Of a DNA stretch of 64,000 bases, positions 20,280 to 29,574 are shown one piece after another. The stretch is from positions 160,001 to 224,000 of IMG/VR virus record IMGVR_UViG_3300045596_000094; one strand, given 5' to 3'. Each line of letters starts with the position of its first letter. Position 1 is the first letter of the stretch. A program made the translations under genes and the position numbers. The notes under the pieces are model-generated. The model was not told where the DNA came from and did not search any database. It worked only from the letters and a program-made list of their open reading frames with translations. Source of the DNA: a virus (taxonomy: Duplodnaviria; Caudoviricetes).

Positions 20280-20655
20280 TTAAAAAGTCATCCTCTAAAA
20301 TTCTGATTTTAACATCAATAACTGAACATCCTTGAAAGTGCATTCTCGGTTGCTCAATAAAATGTTTAAATAGTCGGTTAAATAAATCCTCGTAAACGTC
20401 AAATGGTTCAAATCGATTGTAGACGAAATAAGCCGTAGTGGACATATCCGGATCTTTAATTTGACGCTCCAGCCAATTTGACCACCGCAACTGGATATCG
20501 TTGTTGGCTAAACCAAGTAAGATAAGATCAACAATTGATGGTACAGGTATTCCTGCGACCATCGCATCATCGATTACGCTGCCAAGTTCTGAGTCGTTGT
20601 AAGGACTCCGATACACTAGCTGGAGATCGTCTATAGTTGTCTTCTGCAAGAGCAT
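20188..20655 (-). CDS. Hypothetical protein
   Basis: 155 aa, GGAGG RBS. Confidence 0.7.
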   Translation of the reverse strand: MLLQKTTIDDLQLVYRSPYNDSELGSVIDDAMVAGIPVPSIVDLILLGLANNDIQLRWSNWLERQIKDPDMSTTAYFVYNRFEPFDVYEDLFNRLFKHFIEQPRMHFQGCSVIDVKIRILEDDFLSVGYRINYTHPTLCWNIFQGNGTNSPTHWK

Positions 20656-21013
20656 CTACCTCCACAAAGTAATTGCTGAACTGTTTTTCTGAAGTAAGTT
20701 CCACGTGTTTCACATTCCTACAATAGAAATAACACTGCATCGCTAAGGGTAGTTTAAAAAACCAAGTTTTGACCACCGCCTCAATAATCGCTAAACCTAG
20801 TTTAATTTCAGTTTCAGCATAGTTAGGATCATTCCAATGACCTCTGGCTTGAGAGATCACCTTTTCAGTATGTGTATCAAAGCAACTATCGTCCATCAAA
20901 CGAATATCTGCAAGAATTAAATTCAGGACTTCCGAGATATTCATATCTAGAAAATTGATGATAGATAGATGGTCTGGAGTGAACGGTACTGTTTCAGTTA
21001 CCAATAGTTCCAT
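20567..21013 (-). CDS. Hypothetical protein
   Basis: 148 aa, TAATG coupling. Confidence 0.7.
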   Translation of the reverse strand: MELLVTETVPFTPDHLSIINFLDMNISEVLNLILADIRLMDDSCFDTHTEKVISQARGHWNDPNYAETEIKLGLAIIEAVVKTWFFKLPLAMQCYFYCRNVKHVELTSEKQFSNYFVEVDALAEDNYRRSPASVSESLQRLRTWQRNR

Positions 21014-21471
21014 TAATGCCCTACCAATGTTCCAGCGAGATAACCGTAAGGTAAATTCCCGTACAGTGTTGTACTGTCAATCTGGTCCATATCAACCATG
21101 TAATACAGAATTAATCCTTGCTCTATTTCTTCAATTTGCATGATATCTAAATGAACCAGAAAAGAGGTTAGCAAAGAAACATTCAGATATTCGGTAAATA
21201 TCTGAAGAAGTTTCTCTCTCGCGTCAATCATACGACACTGTATCGCATCGTTGCTATGTATTGATGGATCGGTTTCATTCTCCCACGTGTCGTAAAACGC
21301 CGCCAGATCTTGTCCAGACTTACGCGCAAAAATGATTGTGTTTAACCACATGTAAGGGTCAGGATACCCTAGAACTCTTAATTCCCTGCGAAGAAAAGCG
21401 GGGAGAATCGGTTTAGGGATAATCACCGATTGCATGTTCGGAACATGACCGAGTACATCTTGATCTAACAT
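21013..21471 (-). CDS. Hypothetical protein
   Basis: 152 aa, TAATG coupling. Confidence 0.7.
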   Translation of the reverse strand: MLDQDVLGHVPNMQSVIIPKPILPAFLRRELRVLGYPDPYMWLNTIIFARKSGQDLAAFYDTWENETDPSIHSNDAIQCRMIDAREKLLQIFTEYLNVSLLTSFLVHLDIMQIEEIEQGLILYYMVDMDQIDSTTLYGNLPYGYLAGTLVGH

Positions 21472-21938
21472 TATTCTCTTCCTCTAAAATGATTGACGTG
21501 TGCAATATCAATCAAAATACCATCTTGTTCTACTGAGGCGTTAAATAATCTCAAGCCCAGAAGCTCGTATTTGAATTTTAATTTCAGAGAATTAAACATC
21601 TCCAATAAAATTTCACCAATTGAACTAAAAAGTAGAGCGGTATAATGACAAATAATCGAAACAATTTGTTTGGGTGGTAGTTTTGTATCTGCAAATAGAT
21701 ACTCGGTACGTACCCTATCAAAAACGTAACTGAGATTACCGTGTTCGATTTCTCTTTCGAGATTAAAATAATCGGGAATGTAAATTTTGCCGTCAAAACT
21801 TACCTGACCATTAAGTCGAATATGTGAAAATATGATTTCGAAGAGGTACGCTTCATTAAACCCTAAGTCAGTTATGGATTTCCACACATCGTTATTTTTC
21901 AAAGCATGGAATTTCTCAGTGGGTAATATGAACAACAT
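21471..21938 (-). CDS. Hypothetical protein
   Basis: 155 aa, AGGGGG RBS. Confidence 0.7.
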   Translation of the reverse strand: MLFILPTEKFHALKNNDVWKSITDLGFNEAYLFEIIFSHIRLNGQVSFDGKIYIPDYFNLEREIEHGNLSYVFDRVRTEYLFADTKLPPKQIVSIICHYTALLFSSIGEILLEMFNSLKLKFKYELLGLRLFNASVEQDGILIDIAHVNHFRGRE

Positions 21939-21957
21939 AAAAGCCCCCTAGCCGATC

Positions 21958-22464
21958 TCATTCGAGACCAGCTATTTCTAGGTATTTGTAAGGAACGAAC
22001 TCGTTTCTTTCCTGTGCCTTGATTACTTCTGCACGAAGAACCTCTGTAAGATTTCTAGAAGGTTCTGTGCAGTATAGTTTCACCTGTAACGTGCGCTCCC
22101 CAATCAACTGATAACTGGTGTCGACAACATAATGATACCTTAACGCTTCGATAGCTAGGTTTAGCTGATGTGCAGGGGTCAATAACGCTGATGATAACTC
22201 CATTATTAACCCATGGTATCGTTCGTAGGGGATTCTGTAATTTTGTAGAATCTCTAAAACGTCGTAATCGGCAGTTTGATAAGAAATGGTCTTTTCAATT
22301 AAACCAATAGCTGACCTCAAGAATACGAAGGCCAATGCCTGAGCATCAGTTTCGTTATTCTCAAAATCAACTGTCGGTGTAAAGAGACTTTTGAGTCCGC
22401 CGAATAACATATCCACGGGGATATTGAATATCCGTGGAATTTCTTCTGCTGGAACTGATTGCAT
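21958..22464 (-). CDS. Hypothetical protein
   Basis: 168 aa, abuts the upstream stop. Confidence 0.7.
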   Translation of the reverse strand: MQSVPAEEIPRIFNIPVDMLFGGLKSLFTPTVDFENNETDAQALAFVFLRSAIGLIEKTISYQTADYDVLEILQNYRIPYERYHGLIMELSSALLTPAHQLNLAIEALRYHYVVDTSYQLIGERTLQVKLYCTEPSRNLTEVLRAEVIKAQERNEFVPYKYLEIAGLE

Positions 22465-23310
22465 TTATAATCCTACGATTAGTTGCTGTGCAATTTCATG
22501 GTTTTTCTGAGCCTGTTCCCAAGAAACAGAACCGCGGGTTCGTTTGGATTCTCTTTTAGGAATATTTCCAATAATAGAATAACCATTTAATCGAATCCCT
22601 TCAGCTTCCATAGCTTTTGCTTCAGCAAAGGTTAGTTTAGGTGGTTCTTCATCTACGTATAGATAAAGGTCCAATCCAGAATGAATATTTCGACCTATGT
22701 GCTGTGGTACAAATTCAGCGTATCGATCCATAAGAGAAACCAGATATTCGTGACACATTGGGTTTCCTCTATAGAAAGCTTCCACCGATTTAAAAACATT
22801 GTCTAACTGTTCCTGGGTTGCTAAAAGTGAATCTTTATCAACATTAGGGAAACAGCTTTTGAAACGTTTCAGGATAACAGACTTCATTTCAGCTAGAGCG
22901 ATACAGCTATCTTCTTCAGATAGGAAGTATGTGGCTAAAATTACCATTCCAGATATTTCATCCAGTGTGGGTGCTAGGGGAACGTTATCGTGAAATTCTG
23001 TATAGCGTCGATGTTCTTTACGTATCTCACCTACAAGGAAGGTATGCGTTAAAGGATCACTATTGAGAACGATTTGCTGTTCCAAATTGCGAATATTATT
23101 TTCTACCGAGACTTTTAAATTGTCGCGTGCGGCTTTTAATTGTGTCCATTGCTCGATAGAAATTATAGATTTAAAGTACTCATTAAATTCCTTTACGTAC
23201 ACCGATCCTTCTGGTGGTAAAGGTATGGTGAGTTTAAACTGTTGTGACATCGAGAAACACTCCGTATGGCATTCGACTAATATTAAACATTCTCTCAAGA
23301 GGGATTCCAT
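22465..23310 (-). CDS. Hypothetical protein
   Basis: 281 aa (alternative start MSQQF); shares LTIPLPP and FY.GNP with 19857..20279. Confidence 0.7.
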   Translation of the reverse strand: MESLLRECLILVECHTECFSMSQQFKLTIPLPPEGSVYVKEFNEYFKSIISIEQWTQLKAARDNLKVSVENNIRNLEQQIVLNSDPLTHTFLVGEIRKEHRRYTEFHDNVPLAPTLDEISGMVILATYFLSEEDSCIALAEMKSVILKRFKSCFPNVDKDSLLATQEQLDNVFKSVEAFYRGNPMCHEYLVSLMDRYAEFVPQHIGRNIHSGLDLYLYVDEEPPKLTFAEAKAMEAEGIRLNGYSIIGNIPKRESKRTRGSVSWEQAQKNHEIAQQLIVGL

Positions 23311-23659
23311 TCATGACAACGAGACCCCTCAGATCTACATAGAGTAAGCGTGTATGGTGAATAATGGCTTCTAAGATTTTATCTTGGAATTGTAAAACGG
23401 TTAACCCAATATTTTGGAAAGTATTCCAATAATGGAACTCTATATTTGCAATAACTGTTTTCGTTCGACAAATAGTTTCTCTGAAATATTGGGTTGGGAT
23501 ATCTTGTAAAGCAGCAAATCGAAACTTACGTAAGAGATCCTGAGCGATAAAAAAGCATGTACTTTCACCAACATCTATTTTCTCTAAAAGTAATAGTTCC
23601 TTCGGTACTTTGTGTTGTTCATAGGCAGGAAGGTTTACTGCCAATTTATTTAAAATCAC
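23234..23659 (-). CDS. Hypothetical protein
   Basis: 141 aa, array member. Confidence 0.65.
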   Translation of the reverse strand: MILNKLAVNLPAYEQHKVPKELLLLEKIDVGESTCFFIAQDLLRKFRFAALQDIPTQYFRETICRTKTVIANIEFHYWNTFQNIGLTVLQFQDKILEAIIHHTRLLYVDLRGLVVMNGIPLERMFNISRMPYGVFLDVTTV

Positions 23660-23975
23660 GATACACCTCTATTCCATATAACCAATTCTCTACTACCTTG
23701 AAACGGATACCGAAGTCGTTAGAAGTCGCCTCCCTCAAAAGGTAGATGATTCTTCTAATGTCTCTGTCAATTGCAAGTTCCATCCATGTATTCCAAATAT
23801 TGGTTTGATATACTGCGGGATAGCTAAGCTCACAAGGAATCGCGTAGTGGGTATTGAGTTTATTGACTAAGATATTCAAGAGTGTGTTTGTAGCTATTTC
23901 TTCTTCATCTAGGAAACCTGGATTATGTCCTTCTAGGTATTCCATTAGATTATCTAACTGAAATAAATATAACAT
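23646..23975 (-). CDS. Hypothetical protein
   Basis: 109 aa, GGGAG RBS; first gene of the array. Confidence 0.7.
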   Translation of the reverse strand: MLYLFQLDNLMEYLEGHNPGFLDEEEIATNTLLNILVNKLNTHYAIPCELSYPAVYQTNIWNTWMELAIDRDIRRIIYLLREATSNDFGIRFKVVENWLYGIEVYRDFK

Positions 23976-23988
23976 AAAACTCCCTCAT

Positions 23989-24047
23989 CTATAGGATGCT
24001 AAACGCTGTAATTAATTACACGTATTCAGAGTGATAATGTGTATCTA
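23989..24047 (-). promoter_or_regulatory. Tandem early (24034-24047) and middle-type (23989-24006) promoters driving the small-ORF array
   Basis: TAGATACACATTAT-N5-TGAAT and GCGTTTAGCATCCTATAG. Confidence 0.6.
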
Positions 24048-24089
24048 TTTTTCTTTAGAATAGTATGATTACCGATAAGGAAACCCATT

Positions 24090-24926
24090 ATGAATCCAAT
24101 CACATTTGCGCTGAATCGGATCGTTAAATACGGTATCCCTAAACCGATTCTCCAGATGACTTTCTTGAGTCGTCATATGGTTGATCGATATACCTTGGAT
24201 ACCTTAGAATCTCAGATTCGGACTGTTGTTGTGGAAGATCGTGTATTAGAAGATTTAAACATAGTGCATGGTACGCAAATAACGGTACCGCTAGCCGACT
24301 GTAAGCGATTAGACGGTGACTTCTATACAGGTACGTGGTATGTCCCTAAAGAGCTTACTGGGGGTAAAAAGATTACCTCTGTATATCACTTGACTCAAGC
24401 AGCGGGTATGATTTCCACCCAAGCCAGTGCCAATAACTCACAAGGTATCTATACCTCTACGTTTACGAGCTTTTCAAAATCTGGTGCTTTGTTTGGCGCT
24501 GCACAACAACTATCTCGTTCTGTAGAACCGGTACATGTTGTTTCTAACGCCTTATGTTATCTCATCGGCGAAAACACAGTACACATCAAAGATACAGTTA
24601 TTGTACCTGCAACGATGCATCTACGTGTAGTAGTTGAGAACGACGATAACCTAAACCATATTCAGATCCCTTACTATACGGTTATTCATGAACTGATTGA
24701 GGAAGCTGTTAAGTCGTATATCTACAATAACTTAACCTTAGAGCAAGATAACGTCTTCATCAATTCTGGTGGTGAACTAAATAAGTTCAGAGATATTGTA
24801 GAAAGCTACAGTGACTCAGAAGCTATTTATCGTGAGAAATTGGAAGAGACGTACAAATCTCTGGCACTTAACGATTCGGAAAGCTGGCGACGTCATTACC
24901 AATCACGGTGTGGCGGTTCATGGTGA
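24090..24926 (+). CDS. Conserved virion structural protein (phiKZ gp42-like)
   Basis: MNPI..AL..I...IP..IL...F start; VPKELTGG..ITSV, LIGENTV, AVKSYIYN and GGEL..F..IVESY.D motifs. Confidence 0.7.
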   Translation: MNPITFALNRIVKYGIPKPILQMTFLSRHMVDRYTLDTLESQIRTVVVEDRVLEDLNIVHGTQITVPLADCKRLDGDFYTGTWYVPKELTGGKKITSVYHLTQAAGMISTQASANNSQGIYTSTFTSFSKSGALFGAAQQLSRSVEPVHVVSNALCYLIGENTVHIKDTVIVPATMHLRVVVENDDNLNHIQIPYYTVIHELIEEAVKSYIYNNLTLEQDNVFINSGGELNKFRDIVESYSDSEAIYREKLEETYKSLALNDSESWRRHYQSRCGGSW

Positions 24927-24948
24927 AAAATAAAACATAAATCAAGTA

Positions 24949-24976
24949 CAGTAGAGCGCCCTAGGGCGCTCTACTG
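24949..24976. terminator. Bidirectional terminator
   Basis: CAGTAGAGCGCC / GGCGCTCTACTG. Confidence 0.75.
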
Positions 24977-24977
24977 G

Positions 24978-25617
24978 TTATTCACCGAAAGGTGATATGT
25001 GCGTTAACTCGTAGCCTACAACAGGTCTACCTTTGACAAAGCTGTTATGGACTGACCCTGGCAAGATACCGGACAGCTTAGCTAGTTCGTCAGCGGTCGC
25101 AATTCCGGTCATGGTGCCGTCCACCCATAAACCATACGCACCCTTTATAATTCTCTGAGGCCAACCGAGTTGATTAAAATATCTCAATTGAAGTTCAGTG
25201 AATCTAGGTAATCGATGTGGTTGATCAGCATATCTAAAGATATATCCACTCATTGGAACCTTAGCCTCATCACGGCAAGCCGCACGAACACCGGCTTTCA
25301 AACACCCGGTAGCATCACTTGCTTCTGTTAGTGCCGGGTATGTTTTCGCCTGACCGGTTCTAAGATCTAAAGCAAGTACTGGGCGGTTAGATTTTCTAGC
25401 GCGCATCGCGTCATCCAATTCCAACCATTCCTCATCGGGGTATTTAAACCGCCATCCATCATCTATACGAATAGAGTTTCGTTTAAGCCTACCTTGAACG
25501 GTAGTCTTATCGAGTCCCGTAAGTACAGCGGCATCACCTAGTGATTTAGCTGTGAATGATTCACCAGATTTGAAAGAACCTTCGCTTTGGAGCGACTGTT
25601 CTTTTTGTTACTGCCAT
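24978..25617 (-). pseudogene. NUMOD1-repeat DNA-binding protein (homing-endonuclease-derived), frameshifted near 5' end
   Basis: ATG at 25617 with GGGAG RBS stops after 18 aa. The +1 frame is open from about 25605 to 24978 and encodes three NUMOD1/HTH-like repeats (SLGDAAVLTGL, ALTEASDATGC, TADELAKLSGI). No nuclease motif. Confidence 0.6.
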
Positions 25618-25653
25618 TGATTCTCCCGAATTAATAAAAAACATAAGTCACAG

Positions 25654-25683
25654 ATTAGAGAGTCCCCTAGGGGACTCTCTAAT
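25654..25683. terminator. Terminator hairpin
   Basis: ATTAGAGAGTCCC / GGGACTCTCTAAT, near-identical to 55779-55804. Confidence 0.7.
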
Positions 25684-25690
25684 TATGCTG

Positions 25691-26392
25691 TCATAAAGCG
25701 GTAGGGCTATATACTTTCTTCGCGGGTGGGTTTGCAATGAGATCAGCTATTTTGTCGATTAATCGATTCATTCTAGGAGTATTTCGAAATTCATCTCGAG
25801 CAGATTCAGCCAATAGACTTAGCCCCGTCAGTTTTTCAGGTAAGGCTGTCATCTCAAAGATCATATCGACTAACCCCTCACCCAAAGGAGTTTGGGCATT
25901 TGCTTTCGGTTTAATCTTAGCATTGTAATACCCAATTACGTTCGCATCAGTTTCATGATCGTAAACCACACTCCAGCTTATGAATTTAACATACTGATCA
26001 GAACTACCGGGTACACCAATATCCAACGTGATCAATGAAATACCTGCCCAAGGTAAATGGGGTACTGGGTAAACACTGGACGTTAGCATTAGTTGGAATT
26101 TCTTTTCAGCATAACCAGTGAAGTAAATACGTTTCTTCACTGTCTTATCTTTGGCATCAATACCAATACGAAATTCACGAATAATGTTAGCGAGCATTTC
26201 ACGATGTTCCGATTCTTCCAATGAAGCGTCGGCTTTAGTTAGGGTCATGTAACGATCAACTTGCTTAAAGAGCTCACCTGACATACGAACTGTCTTTGGT
26301 TTGATTCCTTTGAAGTATTCAAGTTGATACTCTTTAAATGCTGGAGTTGGGCGGAGTTTACCTTCCGCTGGTTTGTACGAGGTAGTAATCAT
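25691..26392 (-). CDS. Hypothetical protein
   Basis: 233 aa ORF. Confidence 0.75.
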   Translation of the reverse strand: MITTSYKPAEGKLRPTPAFKEYQLEYFKGIKPKTVRMSGELFKQVDRYMTLTKADASLEESEHREMLANIIREFRIGIDAKDKTVKKRIYFTGYAEKKFQLMLTSSVYPVPHLPWAGISLITLDIGVPGSSDQYVKFISWSVVYDHETDANVIGYYNAKIKPKANAQTPLGEGLVDMIFEMTALPEKLTGLSLLAESARDEFRNTPRMNRLIDKIADLIANPPAKKVYSPTAL

Positions 26393-26404
26393 TAGGTAAA
26401 TGCC

Positions 26405-26800
26405 TTATTTCAGTTTATGTTTGTATGGTCTAGAAATGATCTCACTATAGTCTCTTGGACGCATATAGTTTCGATCGATGACTTGTGCATTTTTAAATGT
26501 AAGAATGCCAACAACGTCAATAGTTTCTGTACCGATATAATTTTCATGCAAATCGACTTCACCGGGTTGGGGTTCAGTTTTGATTGTAACACGAGTCAGA
26601 AGAGTTCTCACCCCATCTGGGAAAGTCCCACGAGCAACCCATACTCGGTTACGGTACATAACTACATCACCACTTTTAATAGTGAGATGAACCGTGGGAT
26701 CGAATTTAGGTAAAGGTGCTGGAGTGAACATATCTTTAATGGTTTCTTTAAGAGCCCAAGCTTCCCCTTTGAGTATGGTGAGCTTACTTCGAAGATCCAT
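26405..26800 (-). CDS. Hypothetical protein
   Basis: 131 aa, AGGAG RBS. Confidence 0.7.
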   Translation of the reverse strand: MDLRSKLTILKGEAWALKETIKDMFTPAPLPKFDPTVHLTIKSGDVVMYRNRVWVARGTFPDGVRTLLTRVTIKTEPQPGEVDLHENYIGTETIDVVGILTFKNAQVIDRNYMRPRDYSEIISRPYKHKLK

Positions 26801-27041
26801 TAATTTTCTCCTTTAATCGCTTAGATGCGTTATGATACTGTACAATAATTAAACCCAACAGAAAATAGCAGCCGTAGTAGATTACATCAAAGAAGAAAGT
26901 CGATTCACCTTCGTAATACGCTTCATCGCCAGCTAAGCCAAATGCCCCAGCAATGTTAATAAGAAGTAATACAATAACTACCCACAATGTAACTTTCATC
27001 ACAGTTGTAGTTGAAACCCATTTATCAAACAATTTGTTCAT
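26784..27041 (-). CDS. Small two-TM membrane protein
   Basis: 85 aa, two hydrophobic helices, AGGAG RBS, early promoter upstream. Confidence 0.7.
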   Translation of the reverse strand: MNKLFDKWVSTTTVMKVTLWVVIVLLLINIAGAFGLAGDEAYYEGESTFFFDVIYYGCYFLLGLIIVQYHNASKRLKEKINGSSK

Positions 27042-27112
27042 GGTGTTAGCTCCTAGGCTTTAGATTTCATAATAAAGAGTGAGAGATAGCTTATGCTATC
27101 TCATTCACTTTT

Positions 27113-27130
27113 ATAGTGTATATCTGAAAT
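27113..27130 (-). promoter_or_regulatory. Putative early promoter ATTTCAGATATACACTAT
   Basis: Motif family member, followed by a leader hairpin GAGATAGC/GCTATCTC. Confidence 0.65.
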
Positions 27131-27142
27131 CTTTTTATTTAA

Positions 27143-27712
27143 TCATAGGTAGGTGTGGGGTGGTTCCTTTAATAGGAATCCGTTAGACACGCCGACCATA
27201 GTACCCACACTATCAATAGTTGCGAAAAATAGCTCGAGATCATTGCGAGTACAGAATAGGAAATCTCTAAGATCCATTTTAAGTGTAGCATAGAGCTTAC
27301 CTTCAGCATCAAGTTCATATTTTTCTACTAAGGCACGTAGACGCTGGTTACGGTCACGATCTACAAACTCGTCGGGAAACATTGGTGGGTCAAACCGTAT
27401 TTGCGGTTTTGCCTTTTGTAATACTGGGAGGAGTGCTTCTTTGGATTTGCACCCACAACGCACTCTAACTTTCTTTAAAAGGGATAATTCACGCGTGAAG
27501 GTTTCTAGACCAAATGCATCGATGATACTTTCGATAGTTCGATTATCGTAAGTAATATCTGTAAGTGTGCGGTTATTAAAGTATAAACGAGTTTTCCGTT
27601 CAGTACCGTCTGCGATGTTAAGTTGAAGATTTGCACCAGAACCAACGAGAAGACCGACATTGTTTGCTACTTCTTTATTAGCCTCGTTTAAAATTAAATC
27701 AATAAAATGCAT
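27143..27712 (-). CDS. Hypothetical protein, paralog of 27699..28301
   Basis: Shared N-terminal pattern I.L.L....KE.A......SG...Q....D. Confidence 0.7.
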   Translation of the reverse strand: MHFIDLILNEANKEVANNVGLLVGSGANLQLNIADGTERKTRLYFNNRTLTDITYDNRTIESIIDAFGLETFTRELSLLKKVRVRCGCKSKEALLPVLQKAKPQIRFDPPMFPDEFVDRDRNQRLRALVEKYELDAEGKLYATLKMDLRDFLFCTRNDLELFFATIDSVGTMVGVSNGFLLKEPPHTYL

Positions 27713-28301
27713 TTGGAAACTCCGTTGGGTCTTTCGGTAAAAGATAAATATTGTAAATGCCTTGGAATAATCCTTCTAGGTCCATGATTACGGGGTAAGC
27801 TTTTAATTTCAAACCTAGCTCTAGATCAAAACTAGGGCCCACTGAAACGAGAAGAGAGATTACCTCATCGTTCAGGTAAACTTTCTCCACTCGAGCGTAT
27901 GCGCTGTCATAGTCGATGACATCCAAAGCCTTCGGGTTATGTAGTGATGGCTCTCCATGGTGAAGTCTAAGGAATCTGCCTTCGCGTTCAAGATACCTGT
28001 GGATTTTATCCAGATTGAAACGACTACCATCTAGCATCAGCGGGATAACTAAGGTTTCACGCATAGACTCCAACATGGAATTTAAGCCCAATTTATCCAA
28101 AACAGTTTGGCGATTATCGACCTCTTGTTGGAATCCAGTAATGGAGCCTCGTGAGAAGTTCATGAAGGTTCTTACTCGTTCGCCATCAAAATCATCAAAC
28201 ACGATGACTTGACCTGCAGTGCCTGAGAGAATCATGGAACGTAAAGCCTGAGCTTCTTCTTTCGTTACATTACTCAGTTCAATTTGAATTTCTGTTTTCA
28301 T
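27699..28301 (-). CDS. Hypothetical protein, paralog of 27143..27712
   Basis: 200 aa, GGAG RBS. Confidence 0.7.
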   Translation of the reverse strand: MKTEIQIELSNVTKEEAQALRSMILSGTAGQVIVFDDFDGERVRTFMNFSRGSITGFQQEVDNRQTVLDKLGLNSMLESMRETLVIPLMLDGSRFNLDKIHRYLEREGRFLRLHHGEPSLHNPKALDVIDYDSAYARVEKVYLNDEVISLLVSVGPSFDLELGLKLKAYPVIMDLEGLFQGIYNIYLLPKDPTEFPNAFY

Positions 28302-28325
28302 TTATTTCTCCAGAGTTACGTAAGT

Positions 28326-28694
28326 TTATTTATTCGTTTTCAAGAATTCTTCGAAAGCCGTAAGCACCGCTTTCCCTGTTTGATAAGCTACTTGCGGTCG
28401 AAGGAAAATCTCACTATGCCATACACTACTGGCTTTATAGGTGTCAATGTGCGGCAATCTAGCGCTCACTAGAACTACTTCACTCATGGCTAGATTGGTT
28501 AGCCATAAAGCGTAATCGACCCGCTCACCATCTACCACGTAGTCTTTAGCTACAATTTCAATGTTTAGACCAGTTAACCTTTTAGCATGTTCCAACTCTC
28601 GACGAAATAGATCCATTGTATCACTAGAGATTAACTGAGGTATGTTTTCCACGTCACGCGCAACATTTTTCAAACACTTCATTTTATCGTACAT
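28326..28694 (-). CDS. Hypothetical protein
   Basis: 122 aa ORF. Confidence 0.65.
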   Translation of the reverse strand: MYDKMKCLKNVARDVENIPQLISSDTMDLFRRELEHAKRLTGLNIEIVAKDYVVDGERVDYALWLTNLAMSEVVLVSARLPHIDTYKASSVWHSEIFLRPQVAYQTGKAVLTAFEEFLKTNK

Positions 28695-28766
28695 TAATAC
28701 ACCGATGACATAAGTGAAAGGTAATGAAACCCTAAAAGAATAGCTCTAAAAGGGTTTCAAGGTTAA

Positions 28767-29141
28767 TCAAAAGTCAGGGCGGGCATATACAAGAACGAAA
28801 TCGCTAGGATCTCCGGCTTCATTCACCAAATACAATGGTACCATGGTGAGTTGATCTACCGCTTCTTGAGAAATATCGATAAAGAATCGTACTGAAAACT
28901 CTAGCTGATTGTTGATTTTCTCTACATCATCAACAACAAAGCTAGGTTCTTCAACAGATAAAAGGCGTTTTAATTTTGCCCCTGCAGAAAGAATTTCCAG
29001 GTTATTACCAGTTCGAATTTCCCCCACCAGAGATCCGTTTCTAAGCGCCTCTTGAATGATATTAAGCGACGCCTCTACTCGATTTTTTTCAAGAACATCG
29101 CCACGAATCTTAAAGGTTTCCGAAAATGACATACCAATCAC
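28767..29141 (-). CDS. Hypothetical protein, possible degenerate prohead-protease fold
   Basis: LRNGSLVGE...KRLLSVEE resembles IAGKKLFGE...IRVLTIDE of the head protease at 52645..53424. Confidence 0.55.
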   Translation of the reverse strand: MIGMSFSETFKIRGDVLEKNRVEASLNIIQEALRNGSLVGEIRTGNNLEILSAGAKLKRLLSVEEPSFVVDDVEKINNQLEFSVRFFIDISQEAVDQLTMVPLYLVNEAGDPSDFVLVYARPDF

Positions 29142-29158
29142 CCACTTTTGAAGTTAAA

Positions 29159-29542
29159 TTAATTCTTACCAAGGATCTCTATTTGAACTTTGGCAGTACC
29201 TGATTTCATCATATCTAATGCTTTAGCGGCACCTTGACTTAAATCCAATACACGATTACCGTGGAAAGGACCGCGATCATTTACCTTAGCAATGACTGAT
29301 TTCCCATTAGCTACGTTTGTAACACGTACCATTGTTCCTAGAGGGAGTGTCCGATGTGCGGCTGTTAAACCGTACATGTTGAACCGCTCACCACTAGCGG
29401 TCTTCTTACCGTGATGTGCACGACCGTACCACGATGTCATACCTGTCTGGTATATCCCTGATGCTTTCGCATGCGCTTTACTTAAAGTAAATAGTAAGGC
29501 ACTCATAAGCACCAAAAGCATTGTTCCAAAACGCTGTTTCAT
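29159..29542 (-). CDS. rlpA: RlpA-like (DPBB) lytic transglycosylase with signal peptide
   Basis: G.TSWYG..HHG..TASGE.F....LTAAHRTLPLGT.VRVTN...NDRGPF...R.LDLS motifs. Confidence 0.92.
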   Translation of the reverse strand: MKQRFGTMLLVLMSALLFTLSKAHAKASGIYQTGMTSWYGRAHHGKKTASGERFNMYGLTAAHRTLPLGTMVRVTNVANGKSVIAKVNDRGPFHGNRVLDLSQGAAKALDMMKSGTAKVQIEILGKN

Positions 29543-29574
29543 TCTAGCTCCTCGCTATTTCTGTCAACAACGAA

